This document shows, piece after piece, positions 43,181-52,367 of a stretch of 64,000 nucleotides of DNA; the first letter of the stretch is position 1, and every line of letters begins with the position of its first letter. The translations under genes and the position numbers were made by a program. The notes beneath the pieces are model-generated. The model did no database searches. It was not told the DNA's origin and was given only the letters and a program-made list of their open reading frames with translations. Location: positions 2,848,001 through 2,912,000 of the forward strand of contig OY762654.1 in the NCBI GenBank assembly GCA_963666205.1, given 5' to 3'. The DNA comes from Synergistales bacterium (GTDB lineage Bacteria; Synergistota; Synergistia; Synergistales; JAFGMB01).

Positions 43181-44378
43181 GGGGAATTCTTTTCTTTTCA
43201 TGTTCTGAAACAGGTGATTCAATCAGCAATTCCCATATTGCCCCTGCTCTATGTTCAATATCCATCATTTTTCTTGCGTAGGGAGAGTATGGGGCGGAGG
43301 CCCTTGTTATCACCGGGAGGGTTGCTGTTTCCCTCATTTTCCTTATCATTGCCTTTCCTCTCTTGTTTGCACCAAGTATGCGGATATATGCAGGTCCCAG
43401 TTTCTGGAAGGAACGGTTATCCCAATGATCTATACCAAGAAGGATATGTATGAGATTTCTTTGCACTCTCCCCCTGGGATATCTTCTGGAAATACAGGAA
43501 TTGACTAATTCCTCCCAACTGGTTGCGTTTGGCGCCATTTTCTTAAATAAATTTTCTATCCCCTCGGAAATCTCTGCATAACCACCAAGAGAGCCAGATT
43601 CAGACCGGAGAATGGTTGTTTTTAAAATGCGCCAGAAAATATCCATGCTAAGCAGAGCTCGGCCTGATAAAATGTTTTGAGTAAACAAATCTCTGGTCTG
43701 GCGAGGAATGGATTCGCTTGCCAGCTGGATCTGGCCTTTCCGAATTGCTGTACGGATGGATGTGGCGCTGGAAATAGGGCCTTGTAAATTCTCTTCGTGA
43801 TAACCACTCGAGATCCTTTTTACTGGGATAACCTTGAGGGAATAACTGGATTCGCGTATTCTTTTTACGTAGGAGAGAGCAAGACTATTATTGGGTCTGT
43901 TAAGGAAATCTGCAGCACCAGGCACCAGTTCTTCCAGACTTTTAGCCCTTGCTTCAACAAAAGAAAAACCCATATTCAGAAAAGATCGTAAAAGAAACTT
44001 GAAAGGTTCGGGTTCCTGAATTAAAATGTCGGAGATTGTGTTTACAAGAATGGTGGGAGTTTCCATGCCGAAAGAAACATATTCAACAATCCCTGTGCTT
44101 TTAAGCAGATCTATTGCTGCATTAGCGAAGACTCCTGCATTATGACACGAATAGACAGTCGGAAGTTCTATTACAAGATCTGCTCCGGCCAGAAGTGCCA
44201 TTTCTGAGCGGGTCCATTTATCCAGAAAAGCAGGTTCTCCTCTTTGGACGAAGTGAGAGGACAGGACAATAACTATGTCATGAGATCCGGAAAGTTCTCT
44301 GCTTTGCTGTATGTGATGAAGGTGTCCATTATGGAGAGGGTTATATTCAGCAACGATGCCAATTGCTTTTTCTGACAA
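43170..44378 (-). CDS. tmcAL: tRNA(Met) cytidine acetate ligase (YlbM/TmcAL)
   Basis: GIVAEYNPLHNGH, FVQRGEP, PNNSLALSY, SATSIR, YIRILG; TTG 44378 after AGGAG; divergent from ackA. Confidence 0.9.
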   Translation of the reverse strand: MSEKAIGIVAEYNPLHNGHLHHIQQSRELSGSHDIVIVLSSHFVQRGEPAFLDKWTRSEMALLAGADLVIELPTVYSCHNAGVFANAAIDLLKSTGIVEYVSFGMETPTILVNTISDILIQEPEPFKFLLRSFLNMGFSFVEARAKSLEELVPGAADFLNRPNNSLALSYVKRIRESSYSLKVIPVKRISSGYHEENLQGPISSATSIRTAIRKGQIQLASESIPRQTRDLFTQNILSGRALLSMDIFWRILKTTILRSESGSLGGYAEISEGIENLFKKMAPNATSWEELVNSCISRRYPRGRVQRNLIHILLGIDHWDNRSFQKLGPAYIRILGANKRGKAMIRKMRETATLPVITRASAPYSPYARKMMDIEHRAGAIWELLIESPVSEHEKKRIPLMV

Positions 44379-44485
44379 TTTCCTTCTCCTTTCCAGTTTG
44401 CAGAAACATGGGTTTCTGTAGAGATACGTCGTTGAAATCATAAAGGTCAAGTAGATTTAGGTCAAATATAGGGAGGCTCTATAAA

Positions 44486-45688
44486 ATGAAAGTTCTTGTT
44501 CTTAACTGTGGAAGTTCATCACTGAAATATCAGCTTTTTGATATGGAAACCGAGCAGCCAATGGCTAAAGGGCTAGTGGAAAGAATCGGGATCGATGGTT
44601 CAAGGATCAAGCATACCAAGTTGGGCAGTGACAGTGTGACGAAAAATGTAGATATTGCAAATCATAAGGTAGCAATAAAACTTGTTCTTGAAGAACTTCT
44701 TGATGACAAAGTTGGTGTTATTAAAAGTCTGGATGAGCTTACTGCAGTTGGTCACAGGGTCGTTCATGGAGGAGAAAAATTTGCCTGTTCCGTTATGATC
44801 GACAAGGATGTAATAGATGCCCTGGAGGAATGTGTTCCCCTTGCTCCGTTACACAATCCTGCGAATCTTATGGGAATTGAAGCTATGGTGGATGTCCTTC
44901 CTGATGTTCCCCAGGTAGGAGTATTCGATACTGCATTTCACCAGACAATGCCCGATTACGCATATATGTATGGAGTACCCTACCATTACTATGAAACATA
45001 CAGGGTGAGGAGATATGGTTTTCATGGAACAAGTCATTTCTATGTTGCAAACAGGGCAGCTTCCATCATAGGTAAACCAGTAGAAGACCTCAAGATAGTT
45101 ACCTGCCATCTCGGAAATGGAAGTTCTATTTCTGCAGTTGATGGAGGGAAATCAGTGGATACGAGTATGGGCTTTACGCCTGTTCCCGGTGTAATAATGG
45201 GGACAAGATGTGGAGATCTGGATCCCCTCCTTATAACTTTCCTTGCCGAGCAGGATGGTATAGATCCTAAAGCTATGAGCCATATACTCAATAAAGAAAG
45301 TGGCATATTGGGTATTTCAGGAGTAAGCAGCGATCTTCGCGATGTCGAAGAAGCTGCTGAAAAGGGGAATATCAGAGCCGAACTTGCCGAAAAAATGCTT
45401 TATTACGGAATCAGAAAATATATTGGAGCCTATGCTGCAGCAATGGGTGGTTTAGATGCAATAGTATTTACGGCCGGCATAGGAGAGAACAGTATTTCTG
45501 CAAGGGCCAGAGTGTGCCAGGGTCTTGAATTCCTTGGAGCAGAAATTGATATTGAAAAGAATAATGTTCGCGGGAAAGAAACCTTCATAAGTACAGATGA
45601 GTCAAAGGTCAAGATTATGGTTATCCCGACTAATGAGGAACTTGTAATTGCAAGAGATACAAAAAAGATTGTTTCAGAAACAAAATAA
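44486..45688 (+). CDS. ackA: Acetate kinase
   Basis: LNCGSSSLK, GHRVVHGG, APLHNP, FDTAFH, YGFHGTSH, HLGNG, FTAGIGEN, PTNEEL. Confidence 0.98.
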   Translation: MKVLVLNCGSSSLKYQLFDMETEQPMAKGLVERIGIDGSRIKHTKLGSDSVTKNVDIANHKVAIKLVLEELLDDKVGVIKSLDELTAVGHRVVHGGEKFACSVMIDKDVIDALEECVPLAPLHNPANLMGIEAMVDVLPDVPQVGVFDTAFHQTMPDYAYMYGVPYHYYETYRVRRYGFHGTSHFYVANRAASIIGKPVEDLKIVTCHLGNGSSISAVDGGKSVDTSMGFTPVPGVIMGTRCGDLDPLLITFLAEQDGIDPKAMSHILNKESGILGISGVSSDLRDVEEAAEKGNIRAELAEKMLYYGIRKYIGAYAAAMGGLDAIVFTAGIGENSISARARVCQGLEFLGAEIDIEKNNVRGKETFISTDESKVKIMVIPTNEELVIARDTKKIVSETK

Positions 45689-45717
45689 ACCATTTGCCCT
45701 TGATGAGGGGTGTTATT

Positions 45718-46290
45718 ATGGCAATAACAGAAATGCCAGACGAATGGAGTTTTTTCCTTAACCTTCCAGATCCCGAAGAAAGTGGAGTAATTGAAAAATC
45801 CTGGGAAATCCAGATATTGTCCGAATTAGCTTATCTGGGACAGGATTACAGGTTTCTGGAACCACTGAAAGTTGATGTTAGAGGGAGCTGGACTAGACCT
45901 GATTTTTATGTTGAAATATGGGTCGCTACAAAGGTCGAAGTCCCATGTTCAAGGTGTCTTGATCCAGCAGGAGTTGCAATTAAGGAGAAATTCAGTTATC
46001 TTTATGGTCTGTCTTCTAAAAACGATTCTTCCGAGCGTTTTGATGGACATGGAGATGATAGTTTTATTTGTGTCGATTCATGGGGGGCTTATCTGGATAT
46101 AACATCCCAGATATGGGATTCTTTTATATTGAGTCTCCCGGGGAAGGTGCTTTGTAAAGAGGATTGTCACGGTATTTGCCCGGTTTGCGGAGTTAACCTT
46201 AACAGTGGATCATGCAATTGTATCAGGAAAGAAGTTGATCCAAGATTTGAGATTTTAAAGAACATCGAGCAGGATGATACAGGAAAATAG
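45718..46290 (+). CDS. yceD: YceD/DUF177 family protein
   Basis: CSRCL, LCKEDCHGICPVCG, DPRF; precedes rpmF. Confidence 0.9.
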   Translation: MAITEMPDEWSFFLNLPDPEESGVIEKSWEIQILSELAYLGQDYRFLEPLKVDVRGSWTRPDFYVEIWVATKVEVPCSRCLDPAGVAIKEKFSYLYGLSSKNDSSERFDGHGDDSFICVDSWGAYLDITSQIWDSFILSLPGKVLCKEDCHGICPVCGVNLNSGSCNCIRKEVDPRFEILKNIEQDDTGK

Positions 46291-46311
46291 GCGGTAAAGG
46301 AGGGAATAGCA

Positions 46312-46509
46312 ATGGCAGTGCCAAAAAGTAGGGTTTCTCATGCCCGTAGTCATAAAAGGAAATCACAGTGGCTAGGTTCAGCGACGGCTCCTCAGATGAC
46401 GACCTGTTCTCATTGTGGAGAAGTTATCGTGAATTACCACGCTTGCCCTGAATGTGGCTTTTATAAGGGCAGGAAAGTAGTCCAGACAAAAGAGGCAGAA
46501 GAAGAGTAA
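46312..46509 (+). CDS. rpmF: 50S ribosomal protein L32 (Zn-ribbon type)
   Basis: MAVPK...CSHCG...HACPECGFYKGR. Confidence 0.97.
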   Translation: MAVPKSRVSHARSHKRKSQWLGSATAPQMTTCSHCGEVIVNYHACPECGFYKGRKVVQTKEAEEE

Positions 46510-46561
46510 TCTTCAGATGTGCTTAAGGAATAATGAGGTTTGGATCTTATATGGATCTTGC

Positions 46562-46597
46562 AAACTGGGGGGCTTTAAGCCCCTCAGTTTTGTTTTT
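46562..46597 (+). terminator. Intrinsic terminator after rpmF
   Basis: AAACTGGGGGGC-TTTAA-GCCCCTCAGTTT plus T-tract. Confidence 0.85.
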
Positions 46598-46609
46598 AGT
46601 TTCTCCCCC

Positions 46610-46638
46610 TTGACCATTCCCTGAAAAATAATTATACT
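46610..46638 (+). promoter_or_regulatory. Promoter of the fapR-plsX-fab operon
   Basis: TTGACC-N17-TATACT. Confidence 0.8.
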
Positions 46639-46660
46639 CACCATGTCTTTGGAGCTGATA

Positions 46661-46677
46661 TTAATAGCAGGTACTAA
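46661..46677. promoter_or_regulatory. FapR operator
   Basis: 17-bp TTAATAGCAGGTACTAA (reverse complement TTAGTACCTGCTATTAA) fits the Firmicutes FapR consensus TTAGTA-N5-TANTAA; lies between the -10 and the SD. Confidence 0.82.
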
Positions 46678-46694
46678 AAGGGGAGCTGTTCAAA

Positions 46695-47288
46695 ATCCGT
46701 TCACTTAATAAAAGAGCCAGGCAACAGAAGTTACAGAAACTGATAAGACAGAACCCGCTTTTTACAGATAAAGAACTTTCCGAAAATCTCGGAGCAAGTC
46801 TTGGTACTGTTCGTCTTGATAGAGCACTTATGGGTATCCCAGAGCTTCGGGAACGTATGCGCCTTATGGCTCAAAAAGCAACGAGCAAGCTCAGGTCACT
46901 GAAGCAGGAAGAAGTGACAGGAGAGCTTCTGGAGTTGGAGCCTAATAAATGGGCTCTTTCCATGCTTCAAACAAAAAAGGATATGGTCTTCAGGCATACC
47001 GATCTTATATGGGATCATTATATATATGCCCATGCCAGCTCTCTTGCCATTGCTGTGATAGAAGCGGATATGGTAATAGTCACTTCAATGAGGGGAAGAT
47101 TTAAATCCCATGCCAAGGTTGGAGATATACTTACTGCCAGAGCAAAAGTCGGAATACATAAGGGTAACAGGTATATCGTGAGTGTGCGTACAAAGGTCAG
47201 TAATGAAGAAATCTTTGTCGGAAGATTTATAGTCAGTTCTGTATATCCTGAAGAACAAAATACCTTGGAGGGGAGTGTGCGCTTTTGA
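46695..47288 (+). CDS. fapR: Fatty acid biosynthesis regulator FapR (probable non-canonical ATC start)
   Basis: Frame is open from 46668 and encodes RSLNKRARQQKLQKLIRQNPLFTDKELSENLGASLGTVRLDRALMGIPELRER (FapR HTH) ahead of the track's ATG 46830, then a hot-dog domain. The start position is inferred. Confidence 0.88.
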   Translation: MRSLNKRARQQKLQKLIRQNPLFTDKELSENLGASLGTVRLDRALMGIPELRERMRLMAQKATSKLRSLKQEEVTGELLELEPNKWALSMLQTKKDMVFRHTDLIWDHYIYAHASSLAIAVIEADMVIVTSMRGRFKSHAKVGDILTARAKVGIHKGNRYIVSVRTKVSNEEIFVGRFIVSSVYPEEQNTLEGSVRF

Positions 47289-48289
47289 TCTTGGCTCTTG
47301 ATGCCATGGGTGGAGATCATGCTCCGAAAGAAACCTGTCTGGGTGCGATTGAAGCTTGTGAATTACATTCCGATCTGGAGGTCCTCCTGGTCGGTGATGA
47401 AAATCTTATAAAAAAAGAATTATCATCAGTTGAAAGAAAAGCTTTAAAAGGTTTACATGTTGTTCATGCGGAGGAATCAATTGGCATGAATGAGCTGCCT
47501 GCTGTAGCTATCAGGAAAAAAAGGCATTCAAGCTTGAGGGTAGCTATGCAGATGGTTCGTTCAGGAGAAGCACAGGGATGTGTTTCAGCAGGGAATACTG
47601 GTGCTATTGTTGCAGGAGGAGTTCTGGTCATAGGGCGAATACAGGGTATTGACAGGCCTGCCCTTGGTGTTGCTCTTCCAACCCTTAATAAGGATACCTT
47701 TCTTCTGGATGTAGGAGCCACAGTGCGATGCAAACCTGTAAACCTATACCAGTTTGCCCTGATGGGTGACTTTTATGCAAAACATATCCTGGGTGTCGAT
47801 TCTCCCAATATTGCCCTTCTGTCCAATGGGACCGAAGAAATAAAGGGAGATGAAGTCGTTTCTGCTGCAAGGGATCTAATTAAGTCCAGTCTCTTAAACT
47901 TTTCCGGGTATCTCGAGGGAGATTCCATTCCCTTTAGTGTAGCGGATGTAGTTGTCTGTGATGGTTTTACGGGAAATGCTGTCCTGAAATTTGCAGAAGG
48001 CCTTGGACAGGCAATATATTCTATCCTTAAAGAGGAAATGGGGCATAGAGTTCTTCCCAAGGTAGGGATGATGTTCATGCTTCCAATGCTGAAAGATCTA
48101 TGGACTCGTTTTGATTATGAAAAACGAGGAGGGACTCCTCTTCTTGGGGTTAATGGAGCCGTCATAAAAGCTCATGGAAGATCTAAATCTACTGCTATAA
48201 AGAGTGCTCTGAGTGTTGCGAGAAACTTCGTCCTACAACAGGGGGTAGAACTGATTAAACAAGAATTAGAGCAGGGAGGAGAACGCTAA
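47285..48289 (+). CDS. plsX: Phosphate acyltransferase
   Basis: ALDAMGGDHAP, SAGNTGA, DRPAL, DVVVCDGFTGN, KAHGRS. Confidence 0.97.
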   Translation: MILALDAMGGDHAPKETCLGAIEACELHSDLEVLLVGDENLIKKELSSVERKALKGLHVVHAEESIGMNELPAVAIRKKRHSSLRVAMQMVRSGEAQGCVSAGNTGAIVAGGVLVIGRIQGIDRPALGVALPTLNKDTFLLDVGATVRCKPVNLYQFALMGDFYAKHILGVDSPNIALLSNGTEEIKGDEVVSAARDLIKSSLLNFSGYLEGDSIPFSVADVVVCDGFTGNAVLKFAEGLGQAIYSILKEEMGHRVLPKVGMMFMLPMLKDLWTRFDYEKRGGTPLLGVNGAVIKAHGRSKSTAIKSALSVARNFVLQQGVELIKQELEQGGER

Positions 48290-49287
48290 TGGCTTTATTT
48301 TGCGGTAATTCTGTTTCAATAATCGGAACGGGAATCTATATTCCTGAAAAAGTTCTTACAAATAATGATCTGTCTAAAATGGTAGATACCAGTGATCAGT
48401 GGATAGTCGAGAGAACAGGAATCAAGGAACGCCATATTGCTTCTGACAATGAGATGACAAGTGATCTTGCATTGATGGCAGCAGAGTCAGCCCTTTTAGA
48501 TGGGGGTATAGACAGGTCAGAAATAGATATGATCATCGTAGCCACTAATACTCCGGATACACTTTTCCCTGGGGTCGGGCCTATTGTACAGGGAAAACTA
48601 GGAGCTTCAAATGCTGGCGCGTTTGACTTGCAGGCTGGTTGTACCAGTTGTATTTATGCATTAGCTGTTGGAGCCTCAGGAATTGCTTCAGGAGTATGGG
48701 ATAAGGTCCTTGTAATTGGAGCAGAGATACTTTCCCGTATTGTCAACTGGAAAGACAGGAATACCTGTGTCCTTTTTGGCGATGGCGCCGGAGCTGTTAT
48801 TCTTGGAAAATCTGATGGTATTTCCTCCAGATTTCTCGCTACAAGACTATGCTCTGATGGAGAAAAGTCTGAACTGATAACTCTTCCTGCAGGGCTGATT
48901 GCCAACCCTGCAAATCTGGAAACGCTGCAGAACAACCTGCATTATGTGCATATGAAAGGCAATGAGGTATTCAAATTTGTAAATAGGGTTCTACCTCCGT
49001 TCATTACTGAATTGTGTGAGAATTCCGGGTTTTCAATTGAAGATATTGACTGGTGGATATTTCATCAGGCAAATCTTCGCATAATGGAAAGTGTAATGAA
49101 AAGGCTCTCTGTACCTTCAGAAAAGGCTGTAATAGATCTTGACAGATACGGTAACACATCTGCCGCTTCGACACTGATAGCGCTTCATGAGGCAATGAAG
49201 GATGGACGTATCAAGCAGGGAGACAGAGTCCTTCTTACCAGTTTTGGAGCGGGAATGACATACGGCTCTTTGATCTATCAAGCTTGA
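48289..49287 (+). CDS. fabH: 3-oxoacyl-ACP synthase III
   Basis: DTSDQWIVERTGI, AGC, LFGDGAGA, HQAN, GNTSAAS, FGAGMT. Confidence 0.97.
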   Translation: MALFCGNSVSIIGTGIYIPEKVLTNNDLSKMVDTSDQWIVERTGIKERHIASDNEMTSDLALMAAESALLDGGIDRSEIDMIIVATNTPDTLFPGVGPIVQGKLGASNAGAFDLQAGCTSCIYALAVGASGIASGVWDKVLVIGAEILSRIVNWKDRNTCVLFGDGAGAVILGKSDGISSRFLATRLCSDGEKSELITLPAGLIANPANLETLQNNLHYVHMKGNEVFKFVNRVLPPFITELCENSGFSIEDIDWWIFHQANLRIMESVMKRLSVPSEKAVIDLDRYGNTSAASTLIALHEAMKDGRIKQGDRVLLTSFGAGMTYGSLIYQA

Positions 49288-49298
49288 GGTGATCATAA

Positions 49299-50249
49299 AT
49301 GTGGAATAACAGGGTAACCAGACTTCTTAATATAGAATATCCTTTGATTCAGGGAGGAATGGCATGGGTTGCTGATGCAATTCTAGCTGCTGCTGTAAGT
49401 AATGCAGGTGGTCTCGGAATTGTTGCTGCTGCTAATATGCCCCCGGAACTTCTTGATCTGCAACTGAAAAAAGTTAAGGAACTGACAGATAAACCCTTTG
49501 GTGTAAATATAATGCTTCTTTCTTCGACTGCTGATGATGCCATCGAACTGGCTTATCAACATAAAGTACCTGTAGTGACTACAGGGGCAGGAACACCAGG
49601 CAAGGTGATAGAAAGACTTAAACCAATCGGTACAACCGTAATACCTGTTGTGGCTTCTGTTGCCCTTGCTAAAAGAGCCCAAAAACAGGGAGCCGATGCT
49701 GTAGTTGCAGAAGGAACTGAAGCAGGTGGACATGTAGGAGAACTTACAACTATGGTCCTTGTTCCACAAATTGCAGATTCAGTGGATATACCTGTATTTG
49801 CCGCAGGTGGTATTGCAGATGGAAGAAGCCTTGTAGCTGCTTTTGCCCTAGGGGCAGAGGGAGTACAGATAGGCACCAGGCTGGCTTGTTGCTCCGAATC
49901 CAATATACATGAATCCTATAAACAGTCGATAGTATTGGCAAAAGACAGGAGTACTGTCGTTACGGGAAGATATACAGGACATCCTGTCAGATGTATCAGA
50001 AATAAACTAACTTCTGAACTTGAAAGAATGGAACGGGATAACGTTCCTGTCGAAGAATTTGAAAAACTTGGTAGTGGAAAACTACGGGCTGCTGTTGTAG
50101 ATGGTAACGTCATATGGGGTTCAATTATGGCTGGTCAATGTGCTGCCCTTGTAAAAGCTGTTCAGCCTGCTTCGGATATTATTAAGGAAATGTTCAATGA
50201 GGCAGATGCAGTAATCAATGAACTCTCTCGCATGTTTAGACATGTTTAG
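49299..50249 (+). CDS. fabK: Enoyl-ACP reductase FabK
   Basis: IQGGMAWVA, PFGVNIML, EAGGHVG, AAGGIADG, GSIMAGQ; inside the fab operon. Confidence 0.93.
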   Translation: MWNNRVTRLLNIEYPLIQGGMAWVADAILAAAVSNAGGLGIVAAANMPPELLDLQLKKVKELTDKPFGVNIMLLSSTADDAIELAYQHKVPVVTTGAGTPGKVIERLKPIGTTVIPVVASVALAKRAQKQGADAVVAEGTEAGGHVGELTTMVLVPQIADSVDIPVFAAGGIADGRSLVAAFALGAEGVQIGTRLACCSESNIHESYKQSIVLAKDRSTVVTGRYTGHPVRCIRNKLTSELERMERDNVPVEEFEKLGSGKLRAAVVDGNVIWGSIMAGQCAALVKAVQPASDIIKEMFNEADAVINELSRMFRHV

Positions 50250-50280
50250 AACTGTAAAATCTGGATCTGAGGTGAAAGAA

Positions 50281-51234
50281 TTGACCTATGCAGTAGTCTT
50301 TCCCGGACAGGGAGCTCAGGAAGTAGGAATGGGCAAGACCCTCTATAATAATTTCGATGCTGCAAAGTCTGTTTTTGATTGTGCTGACGAAGCTCTTGGT
50401 TTTAAACTCAGCGATATTATTTTTGAAGGTCCGGAATCTGAATTACAGAAAACAGCCTATACTCAACCAGCCATCCTTACCATGAGCATTGCTGTTTTGA
50501 GAACACTGACCATCAATATGGGTCTGAAGATAACTCCTGATTATATGGCAGGTCATAGCCTTGGCGAATATACTGCTCTTGTTGCCTCAGGTGCTCTTTC
50601 TCTTGAAGAAGGGGTCAGGCTTGTCCATTTAAGGGGAGAATTGATGCAGGAAGCTGTTCCCCTTGGAGAAGGTACAATGGCAGCCATATTGGGTCTTCCT
50701 TCTGAAGAAGTTATTTCCTTGTGCAATGAAGCATCCGGTAGTAAAGTCTGCCAGGCTGCGAATTTTAATTCTCCAGGTCAGACAGTAATATCGGGACACA
50801 GGGAGGCTGTGGAAAAAGCCCTTACCATTGCAAAACAGAGGGGTGCCAAACTTGCCGTTATGCTGAAGGTAAGTGCTCCCTTTCATAGTCAGTTGTTAAA
50901 GTCGGTAGCTCCCAAACTCAGAGAAGCAGCAGGAAAATGTGCCTTGTCAAGGCCAGCCTGTCCAATCGTAGCCAATTTTTCTGCCAAAGCTGTACTGGAT
51001 CGGGAGGAAATAATTCACGCATTGGCCGAGCAGACATATATGCCTGTTCTATGGTCGGATTCGATTTTTTATATGCGTGAAAATGGTATAAAATCCTTTC
51101 TGGAGATAGGTCCAGGAAAAGTCCTTTCCGGACTGATAAAGAAAACAATAAAGGGTTCAAGAGTCCTGTCAGTTTCAGATACTGAATCCCTTGATTCTGT
51201 GTCTGATTTTTTAAAGGAGAGTGATCAGATTTGA
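50281..51234 (+). CDS. fabD: Malonyl-CoA:ACP transacylase
   Basis: FPGQGAQ, TQPAI, GHSLGEY, VSAPFHS, EIGPGKVL; TTG 50281 after GAGGTG. Confidence 0.96.
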   Translation: MTYAVVFPGQGAQEVGMGKTLYNNFDAAKSVFDCADEALGFKLSDIIFEGPESELQKTAYTQPAILTMSIAVLRTLTINMGLKITPDYMAGHSLGEYTALVASGALSLEEGVRLVHLRGELMQEAVPLGEGTMAAILGLPSEEVISLCNEASGSKVCQAANFNSPGQTVISGHREAVEKALTIAKQRGAKLAVMLKVSAPFHSQLLKSVAPKLREAAGKCALSRPACPIVANFSAKAVLDREEIIHALAEQTYMPVLWSDSIFYMRENGIKSFLEIGPGKVLSGLIKKTIKGSRVLSVSDTESLDSVSDFLKESDQI

Positions 51235-51977
51235 ATTCAAGGAGGAAGATCGCCCTTGTAACCGGATCAGGCAGAGGCATCGGACGTGCTATAGCAATGG
51301 AACTTGCATTAAAAGGATATGGAGTAGCAGTGAACTACGCAAGAAGTGAAGCTCCGGCAATGGCATTATGCGAACAGATAGCGATTCTCGGAGTACCTTC
51401 CATGCCTATACATGCAGATGTATCTGATCATGACTCAGTGAAGAAAATGTTCTCTGCTGTAAGGGATGAATTGGGTTCTGTGGATATTCTTGTAAACAAT
51501 GCCGGTATCACCAGGGATAGTCTTTTAATGAGGATGAAGGATGAAGACTGGGGTTCTGTGCTGGCTTCAAATCTCTCTTCCGCTTTTTACTGTTCCAAAG
51601 AAGCCATAAGACCTATGATGAAAGAGAAGTGGGGGAGGATAATTAATATATCGTCCGTTGTTGCTCTTACAGGTAATCCTGGACAGGCTAATTATGTTGC
51701 TTCAAAAGCCGGGATCATTGGTTTAACAAAGACTCTGGCACGGGAATATGGATCAAAGGGAATAACAGTCAATGCTGTAGCTCCCGGTTTTATTGAAACT
51801 GATATGACCAGTATATTGAGTGATTCTGCCAGAGATGCAATGTTGCGTCAGATACCCCTGGAAAGGGCTGGTTTGCCCGTAGATGTCGCTAAGCTGGTTG
51901 CTTTTCTTGCCTCTGAAGAGGCTGGTTATATATCTGGACAAGTTATTGCCGTAGACGGCGGAATGACTACGTGTTAA
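51231..51977 (+). CDS. fabG: 3-oxoacyl-ACP reductase
   Basis: [30 protein letters not shown]. Confidence 0.96.
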   Translation: MNSRRKIALVTGSGRGIGRAIAMELALKGYGVAVNYARSEAPAMALCEQIAILGVPSMPIHADVSDHDSVKKMFSAVRDELGSVDILVNNAGITRDSLLMRMKDEDWGSVLASNLSSAFYCSKEAIRPMMKEKWGRIINISSVVALTGNPGQANYVASKAGIIGLTKTLAREYGSKGITVNAVAPGFIETDMTSILSDSARDAMLRQIPLERAGLPVDVAKLVAFLASEEAGYISGQVIAVDGGMTTC

Positions 51978-52002
51978 TAATTACGGAGGGAGGTGAAGGA
52001 GA

Positions 52003-52254
52003 ATGAAAAAGGAAGAGCTTCTTGGAAGACTGAAAGAAATTATAATAGACAGGTTGGATGCTGAAGAGGATCAGATAGTTCCTGATGCCTCTTTTGTTGA
52101 GGATCTTGGTGCCGATTCCCTGGATATAGTTGAACTTATCATGGGTATCGAGGAGGAATTTGATATTGAAATACCCGACGAAGATGCTGAAAAGCTTACA
52201 ACCGTCGGAGAGGCTATGAATTACACATTCAACAAGCTTAATGTAGAGGAATAA
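52003..52254 (+). CDS. acpP: Acyl carrier protein
   Basis: [14 protein letters not shown]...[15 protein letters not shown]. Confidence 0.98.
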   Translation: MKKEELLGRLKEIIIDRLDAEEDQIVPDASFVEDLGADSLDIVELIMGIEEEFDIEIPDEDAEKLTTVGEAMNYTFNKLNVEE

Positions 52255-52289
52255 TTAGAAATATCCTAAATTATGTGGTTTGAATTCAT

Positions 52290-52323
52290 GGGGGAGGCGG
52301 ATTCTTCTCAGCCGCCATCCCCC
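52290..52323 (+). other. Intergenic stem-loop between acpP and fabF
   Basis: GGGGGA-GGCGG...CCGCC-A-TCCCCC bulged GC-rich stem with no U-tract. Confidence 0.6.
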
Positions 52324-52367
52324 TTAAGTAACTATTCTGGAGATAGGGTAAATACCCTTTTAGAGGA

